In this document: positions 37,501 through 47,042 of the stretch, one piece after another
Numbering within the stretch: position 1 is the first letter of the stretch
Layout: every line of letters starts with the position of its first letter
Sequence record: SRR20825019_1182
Direction: 5' to 3' (one strand)
Length of the DNA: 51,988 bases
Position numbers and translations under genes: made by a program
The notes under the pieces: model-generated
Databases searched by the model: none
What the model saw: only the letters and a program-made list of their open reading frames with translations
What the model was told of the DNA's origin: nothing

Positions 37501-38558
37501 CAGGCGCCCTTCCTGCTCGGGATTCCGTGGGGATAAACGACGATCTTCAGTGATTTCTCTGCTTCGACGAGCATTCGGAATGCTTCTGCGCTTTCGTCCA
37601 GATCGAAACGGTGGGAAATGGCGGCATCGGCATTGATCCTCCCCGCCTCCAGAAGCCGGATGTAGCTGTAGGTGTCGCGATGATCCGAGCTGTAGCGCGA
37701 AGTTACCGTAATCTGGTCGAAATAGGCCTTGTGACCATCCTGTACCCATTCGGTTTCCGGCGGCAGCGGTGCGCCGAGATGCAGGCAGCCGCCCGGTTCC
37801 ACCAGTGCCATGGCCTGCTCCCAGGCAGATGGGAAGGGGGCAATAACGATCACCGTATCGGCCAGTCGGCCATTGTTGAGCGTCCGCATTTCGGAAACAG
37901 CATCGGCTGACTTCGGATTGATGGTGTGGGTGGCGCCGAAGAAGCGCGCCTTTTCCAGCCGCCATTCGGAAAAATCAAGCGAGACAACTTTTCCTGCACC
38001 AAAGAGCGGTGCCAGATGAACGAATCCCTGCCCCATGAACCCGGCGCCGACTACGGCGACCGTATCGCCCGGCTGGATATTGCAGACCTTGAGGCCGGAC
38101 AGTACGCAGGACCATGGCTCGATTGTGGTTGCGGCCTCATTGGAGATGCTTTCAGGCAGCTTGTGCGCGTCCATGGCCAGATGCTGGGCCGTGACCCTGT
38201 AATATTCGCAAACGCCACCCGGATCGAGCTTCATTTTCGAATAGAAGGGGTCCCGGGTGAAGTGGCCACGCAGCGACCAGTGGGAATTGACGCGCCCTAC
38301 ATGATGGTTGACGAAAAGGCGGTCACCGGGCTTGTAGTCGGTTACACCATCGCCGACCTTAACAACCTCTCCTACGGGCTCATGACCGAGCACTTTGGGT
38401 TGAGCTTTCTTGTACCAGGCCATCGTTTCGCCGCCGCACAAGCCGCAGGCCAGCGTTTTCAGGAGAACCTCACCGGGGCCGATCTCGGGAACAGGCCGGT
38501 CTTCCAGCCGGATATCATCCAGGGCATGGTAGACAGCCGCTCTCATCATTGCGTTCAT
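37500..38558 (-). CDS. Zinc-dependent (MDR) polyol/alcohol dehydrogenase
   Basis: CGLCGGE, GHE, EPWSC, GAGFMG. Confidence 0.88.
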   Translation of the reverse strand: MNAMMRAAVYHALDDIRLEDRPVPEIGPGEVLLKTLACGLCGGETMAWYKKAQPKVLGHEPVGEVVKVGDGVTDYKPGDRLFVNHHVGRVNSHWSLRGHFTRDPFYSKMKLDPGGVCEYYRVTAQHLAMDAHKLPESISNEAATTIEPWSCVLSGLKVCNIQPGDTVAVVGAGFMGQGFVHLAPLFGAGKVVSLDFSEWRLEKARFFGATHTINPKSADAVSEMRTLNNGRLADTVIVIAPFPSAWEQAMALVEPGGCLHLGAPLPPETEWVQDGHKAYFDQITVTSRYSSDHRDTYSYIRLLEAGRINADAAISHRFDLDESAEAFRMLVEAEKSLKIVVYPHGIPSRKGA

Positions 38559-40072
38559 GCGTTCTTCTCCTTCATGGCATTCAGCTCGGTCTGGAGGCTG
38601 CGCATGGCTGAAGAGATCAGCGCGTAACGGCGATAGACCGCACTGTATTTTTCATGGGTTTCGGGATTAAAGCGGTATAAAACCGTGTCTTCATCGCGCC
38701 GGGAAAGTGAGATGGCGTCGCCCAGTCCGGCGGCAGCCGCACCAAGACAGGCGGCTCCCCAAAGCCCTTGATCAGACGCGGCGCTGACCTCGATATCCTG
38801 ACCGACGACATCGGCGATGATCTGGCACCAGACCGGATTACGGGAACCGCCGCCGGCCAGCTGAACCCGCGCCTGCGGCAGACCGTCTTCGGCCTCGAAG
38901 CAATGGCGAAGGCTCATCGCCGTGCCCTCCATCACGGCGCGGCCCATTTCGGCTTTGGTGGTGTCGGCTTTCAGTCCATGAAACTGGGCGCGAATGTCCG
39001 GTGAGACAAAGGGTGCGCGTTCTCCGTTCAGGTAGGGCAGGAAGGTAACGCCGTTTGCGCCGGCCGGCACGCTCTCGACCAGAGCGTTGAGCTTGCCGGC
39101 GATTTCTTCCGTCGATTCGCCGCCAAGGCTTTTCGGGTGAAGGGCTGTGAACCAGTCAAAGGCTGCCGCTCCCGTGGAGGGTGCCAGAATGCGTATGATG
39201 GCCTGGCTTGTCGGGTGCAGTGCTGACGCGCCAACCGGTGTTGTGCTGGGCTTTACGCCGTCGGTCAGAATGTTGACGACGGCTGTTGTACCAAGGATCA
39301 TCATCGTCTGGCCGGGGCGGTCCAGCCCCATGCCGACAATCATGGCAGCAAGATCGAGCGTGCCGACGGAGACAGGCAGCCCTGCAGGCAGGCCGGTTTC
39401 TTCGGCCGCCTTTTGCGAAAGGATGCCCAGCTTCTCTGCGGCCTGTTTCGGGCGAGCCAGCCTGCTGCCGAGATCATTGCATTCCAGAAGACTGAGCTGG
39501 CGGGCGCCATAATCGCGCGCGTTGAAATCAAGTAGCGGGATCGAGGCATTGGAGAAATCGGTGGCGATTTCGCCGGTTAACCTGTAGCCGATCCAGTCGG
39601 CACAGGTGAAAGCCGCCGCTGCATCGGAAACGATTTGGGGCTGCTTTTCGCGCAGCCAGCGCCAGAGCATGGCCGATGTTCCGGGCCACAAAGCAGTGTG
39701 GCAGCCAAGCCCGACAGCACCCGTCGCTCCCGCGCTGGTTACGGTTTCGAGGTCGGCGGAAGCGCGCGTATCGCTCCACAGCATCGCTTTGCCGCACGGC
39801 TTGCCGCGCTCATCTATCAGCCAAAGGCCATCGCCCTGTGCACAAATGCCCAGTGCGGAAAAAGCGGCATCGTCGCATCTGTCTACAAGTTCGCGAATGC
39901 AATCCGCCGTCAGCGCCCAGATGGTTTCCATGTCCTGTTCGGCATGGCCCGGGGCGGGACGCGAAACCTTGTTGATGCGGGCCGCAGTGGCCACGCATTT
40001 TCCCTCCGGTGTGTAGGCGGCGACCTTTATTGCGGTCGTGCCCACATCCAGTCCAATTCTAAGTTCAGTCAC
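38555..40072 (-). CDS. FGGY-family carbohydrate kinase
   Basis: GLDVGTTAIK, LWSDTRA, GTT, PYLNGERAP, GGGSRN; GTG start at 40072 after GGAGGAG. Confidence 0.92.
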   Translation of the reverse strand: MTELRIGLDVGTTAIKVAAYTPEGKCVATAARINKVSRPAPGHAEQDMETIWALTADCIRELVDRCDDAAFSALGICAQGDGLWLIDERGKPCGKAMLWSDTRASADLETVTSAGATGAVGLGCHTALWPGTSAMLWRWLREKQPQIVSDAAAAFTCADWIGYRLTGEIATDFSNASIPLLDFNARDYGARQLSLLECNDLGSRLARPKQAAEKLGILSQKAAEETGLPAGLPVSVGTLDLAAMIVGMGLDRPGQTMMILGTTAVVNILTDGVKPSTTPVGASALHPTSQAIIRILAPSTGAAAFDWFTALHPKSLGGESTEEIAGKLNALVESVPAGANGVTFLPYLNGERAPFVSPDIRAQFHGLKADTTKAEMGRAVMEGTAMSLRHCFEAEDGLPQARVQLAGGGSRNPVWCQIIADVVGQDIEVSAASDQGLWGAACLGAAAAGLGDAISLSRRDEDTVLYRFNPETHEKYSAVYRRYALISSAMRSLQTELNAMKEKNA

Positions 40073-40093
40073 GCATACTCCTCCATCAATTTC

Positions 40094-40125
40094 TACAATT
40101 GAAATATTTCTTGACTTTTGTAAAG
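40094..40125. promoter_or_regulatory. Putative SorC-family operator, copy 1
   Basis: TACAATTGA-N9-TGACTTTTGTAAAG in a divergent promoter; overlaps a CTTGAC -35-like hexamer; repeated at 48189-48220. Confidence 0.65.
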
Positions 40126-40183
40126 CCAATTGTTTTTGTTTCCGAGGCACCTGAGGTGTCCGGGAGTTCTAAGGGAGGAAACT

Positions 40184-41164
40184 ATGAAGAAATTCATCGC
40201 CGCGGCGCTTATGGCCGCTGCTGCAGGAGGACTGTACACAGTTCCTGCGGGTGCACAGGAGGGCGATCTTTCGCTTGAAGGCAAGACGATCGGCGTTGCT
40301 GTCGTCGGCACCCAGCATTTCTGGGATCGAGAGGCATTCAACGGTGCCACCAGCGCGGTCGAGGAGCTTGGCGGCACTGTCGTTCCTGTCGATGGCGGCC
40401 GTGACAATCAGGTTCATGCCGATAATCACGACGTGCTTCTCAACCGCGGTGTGGACGCGGTGATCTCGATTCTCGGAGATGGCTCCGTCGAACCGAAGTT
40501 CGAGGCGCTGAGTGAAGCCGGTATTCCGGTGTTCACCGTCGACCATCCTTCGCCATACTCCACCAACAACACGACCTCGGACAATTACTCGATGGGCACG
40601 ACCATCGGCCGGTACATGGCGGATGCGATTGGTGGTCAAGGCAAGGTCGCGGTGTTCAACGCTTTCGAAGAATCGCTGCGCATCTGCGCAATTCGAACAG
40701 GCCTGTGGAAATATGTGCTGCAGGATTATCCCGGGATCGAGATCATACAGCCGGAACTGGCAGAAGAATTCGCCAATGCTCCGGAGGATGCCCGCCGCCA
40801 GACGCTCGATTTGCTGAGCCAGTATCCAGAAGGCACGATCGATGCGATCCACGTTGGATGCTGGGATCAACCTGCCATTGGTATCGTTCAGGCACTGGAA
40901 GAGACGGGCCGCACCGAGATCAAGGTTACCGCGCTTGATGGCGGCCCTGAAACGCTCGAAATCATGGCGGAAGAGGGCAGCCCCTTTGTCGCCAATGTCG
41001 CCCAGCAGCCTTATCTGATCGGGGCAACCTCGGCGGAAAATGTGGCGCGATATTTTGCGGGCGAGGCGCTCTTGCCGCAGACCTATGTGGATGTCGTGCC
41101 GGTAAATGGTCCGGAGGAGGCCAGGAAGGCCTACGAAAACCTGGGCTATGGAAGCCTTGACTAG
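40184..41164 (+). CDS. Sugar ABC transporter periplasmic binding protein
   Basis: Signal peptide MKKFIAAALMAAAAGG...AGA; GIPVFTVD, WDQPAIG and AQQP motifs; GGGAGG RBS. Confidence 0.92.
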   Translation: MKKFIAAALMAAAAGGLYTVPAGAQEGDLSLEGKTIGVAVVGTQHFWDREAFNGATSAVEELGGTVVPVDGGRDNQVHADNHDVLLNRGVDAVISILGDGSVEPKFEALSEAGIPVFTVDHPSPYSTNNTTSDNYSMGTTIGRYMADAIGGQGKVAVFNAFEESLRICAIRTGLWKYVLQDYPGIEIIQPELAEEFANAPEDARRQTLDLLSQYPEGTIDAIHVGCWDQPAIGIVQALEETGRTEIKVTALDGGPETLEIMAEEGSPFVANVAQQPYLIGATSAENVARYFAGEALLPQTYVDVVPVNGPEEARKAYENLGYGSLD

Positions 41165-41182
41165 GCGGCTCCGGTAGCAGAG

Positions 41183-41208
41183 CGGCCGTTGCGAATGTGC
41201 AGCGGCCG
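41183..41208 (+). terminator. Stem-loop after the SBP gene
   Basis: CGGCCGTTGC-N6-GCAGCGGCCG. Confidence 0.5.
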
Positions 41209-41262
41209 AAATTCCCGGCGATGTGATCGGGTGGCGTGAAGACCATTAAAATGTGAGGCGAT

Positions 41263-42786
41263 ATGTCCGATACTGCGTTTCGGCTAAAGGGTGTCGTCAA
41301 GAAATTTCCCGGAGTGCGGGCGCTCGACGGTGCGAACCTTCAGGTTTTGCCTGGCGAGGTTCATGGCCTGGTTGGCGAGAACGGCGCTGGAAAATCGACG
41401 ATCATCAAGGTTCTGGCGGGTATCTACCAGCCGGAGGAGGGTACAATCGAGATCGGCGGTGAAAGGCTCGATCCCGCGACCCCTGAAAATGTACATGCGG
41501 CCGGTATCCGCTTTATCCATCAGGAACTTCATCTGGTTCCCCACTTCACGGTCACGGAATCCGTGTTTATGGGCCAGGAAAAATCCGGTCTGTTTGGTCT
41601 GGCAAAAGCGGAGATGCGCAGAAAGGCGGAGAATTTCATCCGCGATACGCTCGGTATCGATCTGCCTGGAAACCGGCTGATCCGTGATATCGGGCCAGCC
41701 GAACGCAAACTGGTCCAGGTCGCCCGTGCGCTGATTGACGGACACGCGAAAGCGGTCGTTTTCGATGAACCGACCGCGCCTCTTGCCAGCGAAGAAGTGC
41801 TGAAGGTCATGAACGCTATTGCGCAGTTGAAAAGGCAGGGGATCGCGATCCTTTACGTTTCACATTACCTGAACGAGATCACGGATATCTGTGACCGGGT
41901 TACGGTCTTCCGTCAGGGACGGGATGTTGGCGTGTTCGACAGCGTGACAGACGATATCGCGCCGCAGCTCGTTTCCGCCATGATTGGCCGGGAGCTGGAC
42001 GCCTTCTTTCCGGAAAACCGCCGGACACCCGGTGAAGTCGCTCTCAGGATCGAAGGCCTCGGCGATGGCCATGCCTTTGAGGGTGTAGATCTTTCCGTCC
42101 GTCGCGGAGAGATCTTCGGCATCGCCGGACTGATCGGCTCGGGGCGCGAGGAACTGATTGATACGCTCTACGGTTTGCGCCGGGCCGAAGCCGGGACGGT
42201 TTCGCTCGATGGCAGACCGGTGCGGATTAGGACGGCGGCAAAGGCTGTCGAGGAAGGCTTTGTGCTGGTGCCGCGTGATCGCCGGCATGACGGCCTCGTG
42301 CTGTCGATGACGGTAGAGGAAAACGCAACGCTGGCGACGCTCGACGACAATGCCCGGTTCGGCCTTGTGGATCGGAAGAAGACGAAAACCAGAACCGCGG
42401 AACTGATCGCCGACCTCGATATTCGCCCGGCCAATGCCGGTGCGGTCACCCGGTTTTTGAGCGGCGGCAACCAGCAGAAGGTGGTTCTTGCCCGCTGGCT
42501 CGCCAAAGACGCCCGGGTGTTTATTTTCGACGAGCCGACCGTCGGCGTCGACGTTGGTGCGAAAGCGGAAATCTATCAGTTGATTGAACGTCTGGCCGAG
42601 GCTGGCGCGGCTGTGCTGATTTCCTCGTCCGATCCGATCGAACTGGTGGGGACCTGCGACCGTGTTGCCGTGATGATGCGCGGCGCGGTCAGCCAGACGA
42701 TTGATCGGGATGCCCTGCATGTCGATCATCTGGTTGCCGTGACCACCGGTGCGGCGGAAAAGGGAGGAGCTGCACATGCTCAGTAG
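41263..42786 (+). CDS. Sugar ABC transporter ATP-binding protein
   Basis: GENGAGKST, DEPT twice, LSGGNQQK. Confidence 0.95.
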   Translation: MSDTAFRLKGVVKKFPGVRALDGANLQVLPGEVHGLVGENGAGKSTIIKVLAGIYQPEEGTIEIGGERLDPATPENVHAAGIRFIHQELHLVPHFTVTESVFMGQEKSGLFGLAKAEMRRKAENFIRDTLGIDLPGNRLIRDIGPAERKLVQVARALIDGHAKAVVFDEPTAPLASEEVLKVMNAIAQLKRQGIAILYVSHYLNEITDICDRVTVFRQGRDVGVFDSVTDDIAPQLVSAMIGRELDAFFPENRRTPGEVALRIEGLGDGHAFEGVDLSVRRGEIFGIAGLIGSGREELIDTLYGLRRAEAGTVSLDGRPVRIRTAAKAVEEGFVLVPRDRRHDGLVLSMTVEENATLATLDDNARFGLVDRKKTKTRTAELIADLDIRPANAGAVTRFLSGGNQQKVVLARWLAKDARVFIFDEPTVGVDVGAKAEIYQLIERLAEAGAAVLISSSDPIELVGTCDRVAVMMRGAVSQTIDRDALHVDHLVAVTTGAAEKGGAAHAQ

Positions 42787-43756
42787 ATCGATCGCCCGTC
42801 ACCGGCTTCTGGCTGAATTCATCGGCTTGCTTCCGCTGATCATCTTTCTGGCGCTTCTCATCTATGTCGGGTTGAATGCACCTAATTTCATGACGTTTTT
42901 CAACATGAAACTGGTTCTGATGCAGAGCCTGCCGGTAGTGCTGCTGGTGACCGGTCTTTCGGCGGTGGTCATGGCTGGCGGTGATGACGTGGTTTCAGGC
43001 GGGATTGACCTGTCGATCCCTGCGACCGCCGTTCTTTCTGCAGGCATTACCGCAGTTCTGCTCGGAGCCGGTCTCCCGCTTTTCGTGGCATCGCTTGCAG
43101 CGCTGGCGGCTGCTCTTGCAGCGGGTGCGATCAACGCAGTTTTGATAACCCGACTGCGCATGACGCCGCTTTTGACCACGCTTGCCATGTTCGTGGCACT
43201 GGTCGGCATCAACAACATGGTGACATCGCGTCGGCGTATCAATCTCGCGTCTGACAGCCATATTGGGCTGCTGCGCGACGATTTCATATTTGGCGTTCCG
43301 CTCGGGATCGTGGTTGTCGCACTTGTCGTATTCATCGCTTATCACCTGCTGCACCGAACGCGCTGGGGCCTCAATCTTCAGGCGGCAGGCGGTAGCCGGG
43401 ATGCCGCCGAAATATCCGGCATCAAGGTCGACCGGCTCGTGGCGCAGTCTTATCTTCTGGCCGCGTTCATGGGCTTTCTGACAGGCTTTTTCGTTCTTGC
43501 GCGGGGTAACGGCTATTCGCCGGGGGGCGAGAACAATCTCATGCTGGAAATGGTGCTTGCGAACTTTTTGGGCGCAGCCTTTTCCCCGCGCCGCGTGGTC
43601 ACGATGTGGGGCGCCGTTCTGGGCGCGATTCTGGTGGCGGCGATTTCGATCGGGTTGAAGACCATAGGCTTCAACGTTTTCTGGACCGATTTCGTCAAGG
43701 GCGCGCTGATCCTCGTGGTCGTTGCGCTGTCGGCAATTTCTCAAAGGGTGCAGTAA
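42776..43756 (+). CDS. Sugar ABC transporter permease
   Basis: GGIDLS, RWGLNLQAAGGSRDAAEISG; GGAGGAG RBS before ATG 42776. Confidence 0.9.
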   Translation: MLSRSIARHRLLAEFIGLLPLIIFLALLIYVGLNAPNFMTFFNMKLVLMQSLPVVLLVTGLSAVVMAGGDDVVSGGIDLSIPATAVLSAGITAVLLGAGLPLFVASLAALAAALAAGAINAVLITRLRMTPLLTTLAMFVALVGINNMVTSRRRINLASDSHIGLLRDDFIFGVPLGIVVVALVVFIAYHLLHRTRWGLNLQAAGGSRDAAEISGIKVDRLVAQSYLLAAFMGFLTGFFVLARGNGYSPGGENNLMLEMVLANFLGAAFSPRRVVTMWGAVLGAILVAAISIGLKTIGFNVFWTDFVKGALILVVVALSAISQRVQ

Positions 43757-44730
43757 TGGTGAGTGATACGACAGGCAAACCGCTTTGGCGGGATATCATC
43801 GTCCGGTTTGGCTTTTTGATCGTCTTTGCACTGTTCATCGTGTTTTTCGCGGCCTGGAATCCGGTTTTCGTACAGGGCCAGAATCTGATGAACATCATCG
43901 AGGGGTCAGCGATCCTGATGATCGTCGCGCTCGGCATGACGCTGATCGTGGCCACGGGGGGCATTGACCTCTCCGTCGGCATTGCGCTTGATTTCGGCGC
44001 TGCCTTTGCCATCGTCGCCATGAAAAGTTTCGATATGCACTGGTTTGGCGCGGCCTGCATCGGCGTTGCCGGGGGATCTCTCGTCGGGCTTTTGAATGCG
44101 GCGCTGGTTGTCGGATTGCGCATCAGTCCGTTTCTGGCCACGCTTGGCACGTTTTTCATCGGCTCTTCGGTGCAGCGTATCTTTACCAATGGCGGCGGAC
44201 CGATTTCCTACCGCAAGATGCCGGACGAATTCCGGAATCTCGCGCTTGGTGATGTCTTCGGCATTCCTTCCGAGGTGATCATCGCCGCCGTTCTGGCTGT
44301 GATCTATTTTCTGGTCCTGGAACGCTCCGTCTGGGGCAGGCGCATTCATGCCATGGGTATGCAACGCTCGGCTGCCATTGTCGCCGGCATCAAGGTGAAC
44401 CGCATCCTGTTTCTATGTTTCGTCATGGCCTCGGCAACCTGCGCCTTTGGCGGGTTGATCGCTGCGGCCAACATTCGAATGTTCACACCGCTTTCAGGTT
44501 TTGCCTATCTGCTTGATGCCATCGCAGCCGTCTTCATAGGAGCCGCACTTCATCCACGCGGACGGCCAAATATACCGGGAACGGTGGCCGGTGTTCTGTT
44601 CCTTGGGGTGGTTACAAACGGTCTCAATCTGATGGGGCTGAACTTCAATACCAAGGATGCGCTTTCCGGCATCATTCTCGTTGCCGCGCTCGCACTGGCG
44701 GTCGCGCAGCGCAATATGCGCAATAGCTGA
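43756..44730 (+). CDS. Sugar ABC transporter permease
   Basis: GGIDLSVG, WGRRIHAMG, AAVFIG; TAATG coupling. Confidence 0.9.
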   Translation: MVSDTTGKPLWRDIIVRFGFLIVFALFIVFFAAWNPVFVQGQNLMNIIEGSAILMIVALGMTLIVATGGIDLSVGIALDFGAAFAIVAMKSFDMHWFGAACIGVAGGSLVGLLNAALVVGLRISPFLATLGTFFIGSSVQRIFTNGGGPISYRKMPDEFRNLALGDVFGIPSEVIIAAVLAVIYFLVLERSVWGRRIHAMGMQRSAAIVAGIKVNRILFLCFVMASATCAFGGLIAAANIRMFTPLSGFAYLLDAIAAVFIGAALHPRGRPNIPGTVAGVLFLGVVTNGLNLMGLNFNTKDALSGIILVAALALAVAQRNMRNS

Positions 44731-44739
44731 TGGGAGTAT

Positions 44740-44767
44740 CGGCCCTGTGGTAAAAGCTGCAGGGCCG
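44740..44767. terminator. Probable bidirectional terminator between convergent operons
   Basis: CGGCCCTG...CAGGGCCG hairpin fills the gap between two stop codons. Confidence 0.6.
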
Positions 44768-44772
44768 GGCCA

Positions 44773-47034
44773 TTATCCGATTGGCGGCTGATCGATCGAA
44801 AGCTCAGGCAAGGCGCGGTTCCATTTTTCGATCCGGACGAGACAGGTATGGGCTATGTTGCCCTGAGAAAGTCCTGAACAGCCCTTGTCGATGGTCAGTG
44901 CATTGGGGTTGCCGTGGACTTCCAGGGTGGCGCCGTCAATCACCTGCGGATCGTACCAGGCACCTGTCGGCAGAAAGATGCAGTCGGGCCGCAACCCGTC
45001 ATCGAAACGCAGCCCCGCCAGGCAACGACCCCGTTCATTGGAAAGAAGAATGATGTCGCCTTCGCCAAGCCCCTTCGCTCTGGCGGTATCGGGATGCAGA
45101 TAGGCGGCCTCACGGCCTTCCACCTTGTCGGCAAGGGACACCGAACCGCGATCATTTTGTGAATGAAGCCGGGTATCGGGCTGGCCGGAGACAAGTTGCA
45201 ACATGCCGGGCTTTGCATCACCGAGCCATTCCACGGGCTCAAGCCATGTCGGATGACCGGGGCAATCCTCAAGTTCCATAGCCGCAATCGTCTCGTTGAA
45301 AAGCGTAATCCTGCCGCTTTCGGTGGCAAGTGGCGCGCTTTCCGGGTTGTCGGTAAAGGCTGAAAGTGCGATCCGCATCTCTTCGTCGTCTGGAATATCA
45401 AACCGGCCTTCTTCCTTGAAGGTCGCGAAGTCGGGCATGGCAAAGCCATGGGCAACGGCAACCTTTTGCGCGCGCTCCCAGAGGTGCTCCTGCCATTGGG
45501 CAGCGCTCTTGCCCTTGGTAAAGGCGTCGCCAAAGCCCATCCGGTCGGCAAGGCGGGAGAAGATTTCGAAGTCATCCAGCGCCTCACCCATCGGCTCATC
45601 CAGCGCAGACATATAGAGCAGGGTCGGGTCGCGCCGGTTCATCATGATGTCGTTGCGCTCCAGCGGTGTGGTTGCCGGAAGAACGATATCGGCGCGGCGC
45701 GCTGTCGCGGTCCAGCTGTGCTCGTTGACGATTACGGTTTCGGGCCGTGCCCACGCCTTTTCCAGGCGGTTGAGATCCTGGTGATGGTGAAACGGATTTC
45801 CGCCGGTCCACCAGACGAGGCGAATATCCGGGTAGGTTCTGCGCGCGCCATTATAGGTGTATTCGGTGCCCGGATTGAGCAGCATGTCGGCGATGCGGGC
45901 GACGGGTATGAAGTCGCTGATCGGGTTCAGGCCCTGCGGCAAGGAGGGCCATGGGATCAGCCGCGTCGGGCGGCCAACCGGCGTGGTGCAGCCATACCCG
46001 AAGGCGTAACCACCGCCGGGAAGACCGATCTGGCCGATGATGGCGGCAAGGGCAAGTCCGGCCCAGATCGGCTGTTCGCCATGGTCGCCGCGCTGCATCG
46101 ACCAGGTCATCGAAATCATGCTGCGTTTTTCGATCAGTTCAAAGGCCGTTGCGCGAATGGTTTCCGGTGAAATATCGCAAATAGAGGCGGCCCATTCTGC
46201 CGTCTTGACCGTGCCATCGGTCTCTCCTGCAAGGTAGCCACGGAAGCTCTCGAAACCGCTGGTGCAGCGCTCCAGGAAATTTGCGTTTGCCCGTCCGGCG
46301 GCGATGATTTCATGACAAAGCGCGAGAATGAGTGCGGTATCCGTTCCAGGGCGGATCGGCCACCATTCGGCGTTGTCGAGATCACCGCGGCGCGGCGAAA
46401 CGCAGATCAACCGGGTTTTGCCTTTGGTCAGGTTTTCAAGCCATGGCGCAACTTCATGGCGTGATGTACCTGAAGAGGCAACCTGTGCGGTGCGTGGCGA
46501 AATACCGCCAAAGGCCAGCATGATTTCGCAAGCTTCGCTGACGGCCGGCAGCGCCGTGACTTCATCCTGAAACGCCCGGTTTGAAAGCCCCAGAATATGA
46601 GGGAAGATAACTTCGGCAGCGGCATGTGAATAGGTATCGCGCGCGCCGACAAACCCACCTGCGAGGTTGAGAAAACGGCGCATCTGGCTTTGCGCGTGAT
46701 GAAAACGCCCAGCGCTCGACCAGCCATAGGAGCCGCCGAAAATGGCACCGTTGCCGTGGGTTTCACGCACCCGCTCCAGTTCCGTTGCGCAACGATCCAG
46801 CGCCTCGTCCCAACTGACTTCCACAAACCGGTCATCGCAGCGTCCGGTGCCGCCATCGCCCTCCAGCCAGCCCTTGCGGATGGCGGGTTTCAGAACACGG
46901 CTTTTGCTGTCGCGGGAGGCACTGACCCAGCCGCGTCCGATCCTGGAGGGTTGCGGATCGCCTTCCAGCGGTTCAAGCGTGCCGCTTTCCCGATCGATGC
47001 GGTAACTTCCCCAATGGGCGGCTGTGTAGGGCAT
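44773..47034 (-). CDS. Cytoplasmic DMSO-reductase-family molybdoenzyme (BisC/biotin sulfoxide reductase-like)
   Basis: AHWG, GGSYGWSSAGRFHHAQ, Ser ligand in DTYS, GGNPFHHHQD, RLHSQ; no Tat signal; ATG 47034 after GAGG. Confidence 0.9.
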   Translation of the reverse strand: MPYTAAHWGSYRIDRESGTLEPLEGDPQPSRIGRGWVSASRDSKSRVLKPAIRKGWLEGDGGTGRCDDRFVEVSWDEALDRCATELERVRETHGNGAIFGGSYGWSSAGRFHHAQSQMRRFLNLAGGFVGARDTYSHAAAEVIFPHILGLSNRAFQDEVTALPAVSEACEIMLAFGGISPRTAQVASSGTSRHEVAPWLENLTKGKTRLICVSPRRGDLDNAEWWPIRPGTDTALILALCHEIIAAGRANANFLERCTSGFESFRGYLAGETDGTVKTAEWAASICDISPETIRATAFELIEKRSMISMTWSMQRGDHGEQPIWAGLALAAIIGQIGLPGGGYAFGYGCTTPVGRPTRLIPWPSLPQGLNPISDFIPVARIADMLLNPGTEYTYNGARRTYPDIRLVWWTGGNPFHHHQDLNRLEKAWARPETVIVNEHSWTATARRADIVLPATTPLERNDIMMNRRDPTLLYMSALDEPMGEALDDFEIFSRLADRMGFGDAFTKGKSAAQWQEHLWERAQKVAVAHGFAMPDFATFKEEGRFDIPDDEEMRIALSAFTDNPESAPLATESGRITLFNETIAAMELEDCPGHPTWLEPVEWLGDAKPGMLQLVSGQPDTRLHSQNDRGSVSLADKVEGREAAYLHPDTARAKGLGEGDIILLSNERGRCLAGLRFDDGLRPDCIFLPTGAWYDPQVIDGATLEVHGNPNALTIDKGCSGLSQGNIAHTCLVRIEKWNRALPELSIDQPPIG

Positions 47035-47042
47035 GGATATCC

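Noticed and set aside
37501-37965. 155-aa N-terminal extension of the class II aldolase, suggesting a fusion or frameshift
   Set aside because: Alternative frame inside the dehydrogenase gene; the real start at 37500 has an RBS and TGATG coupling
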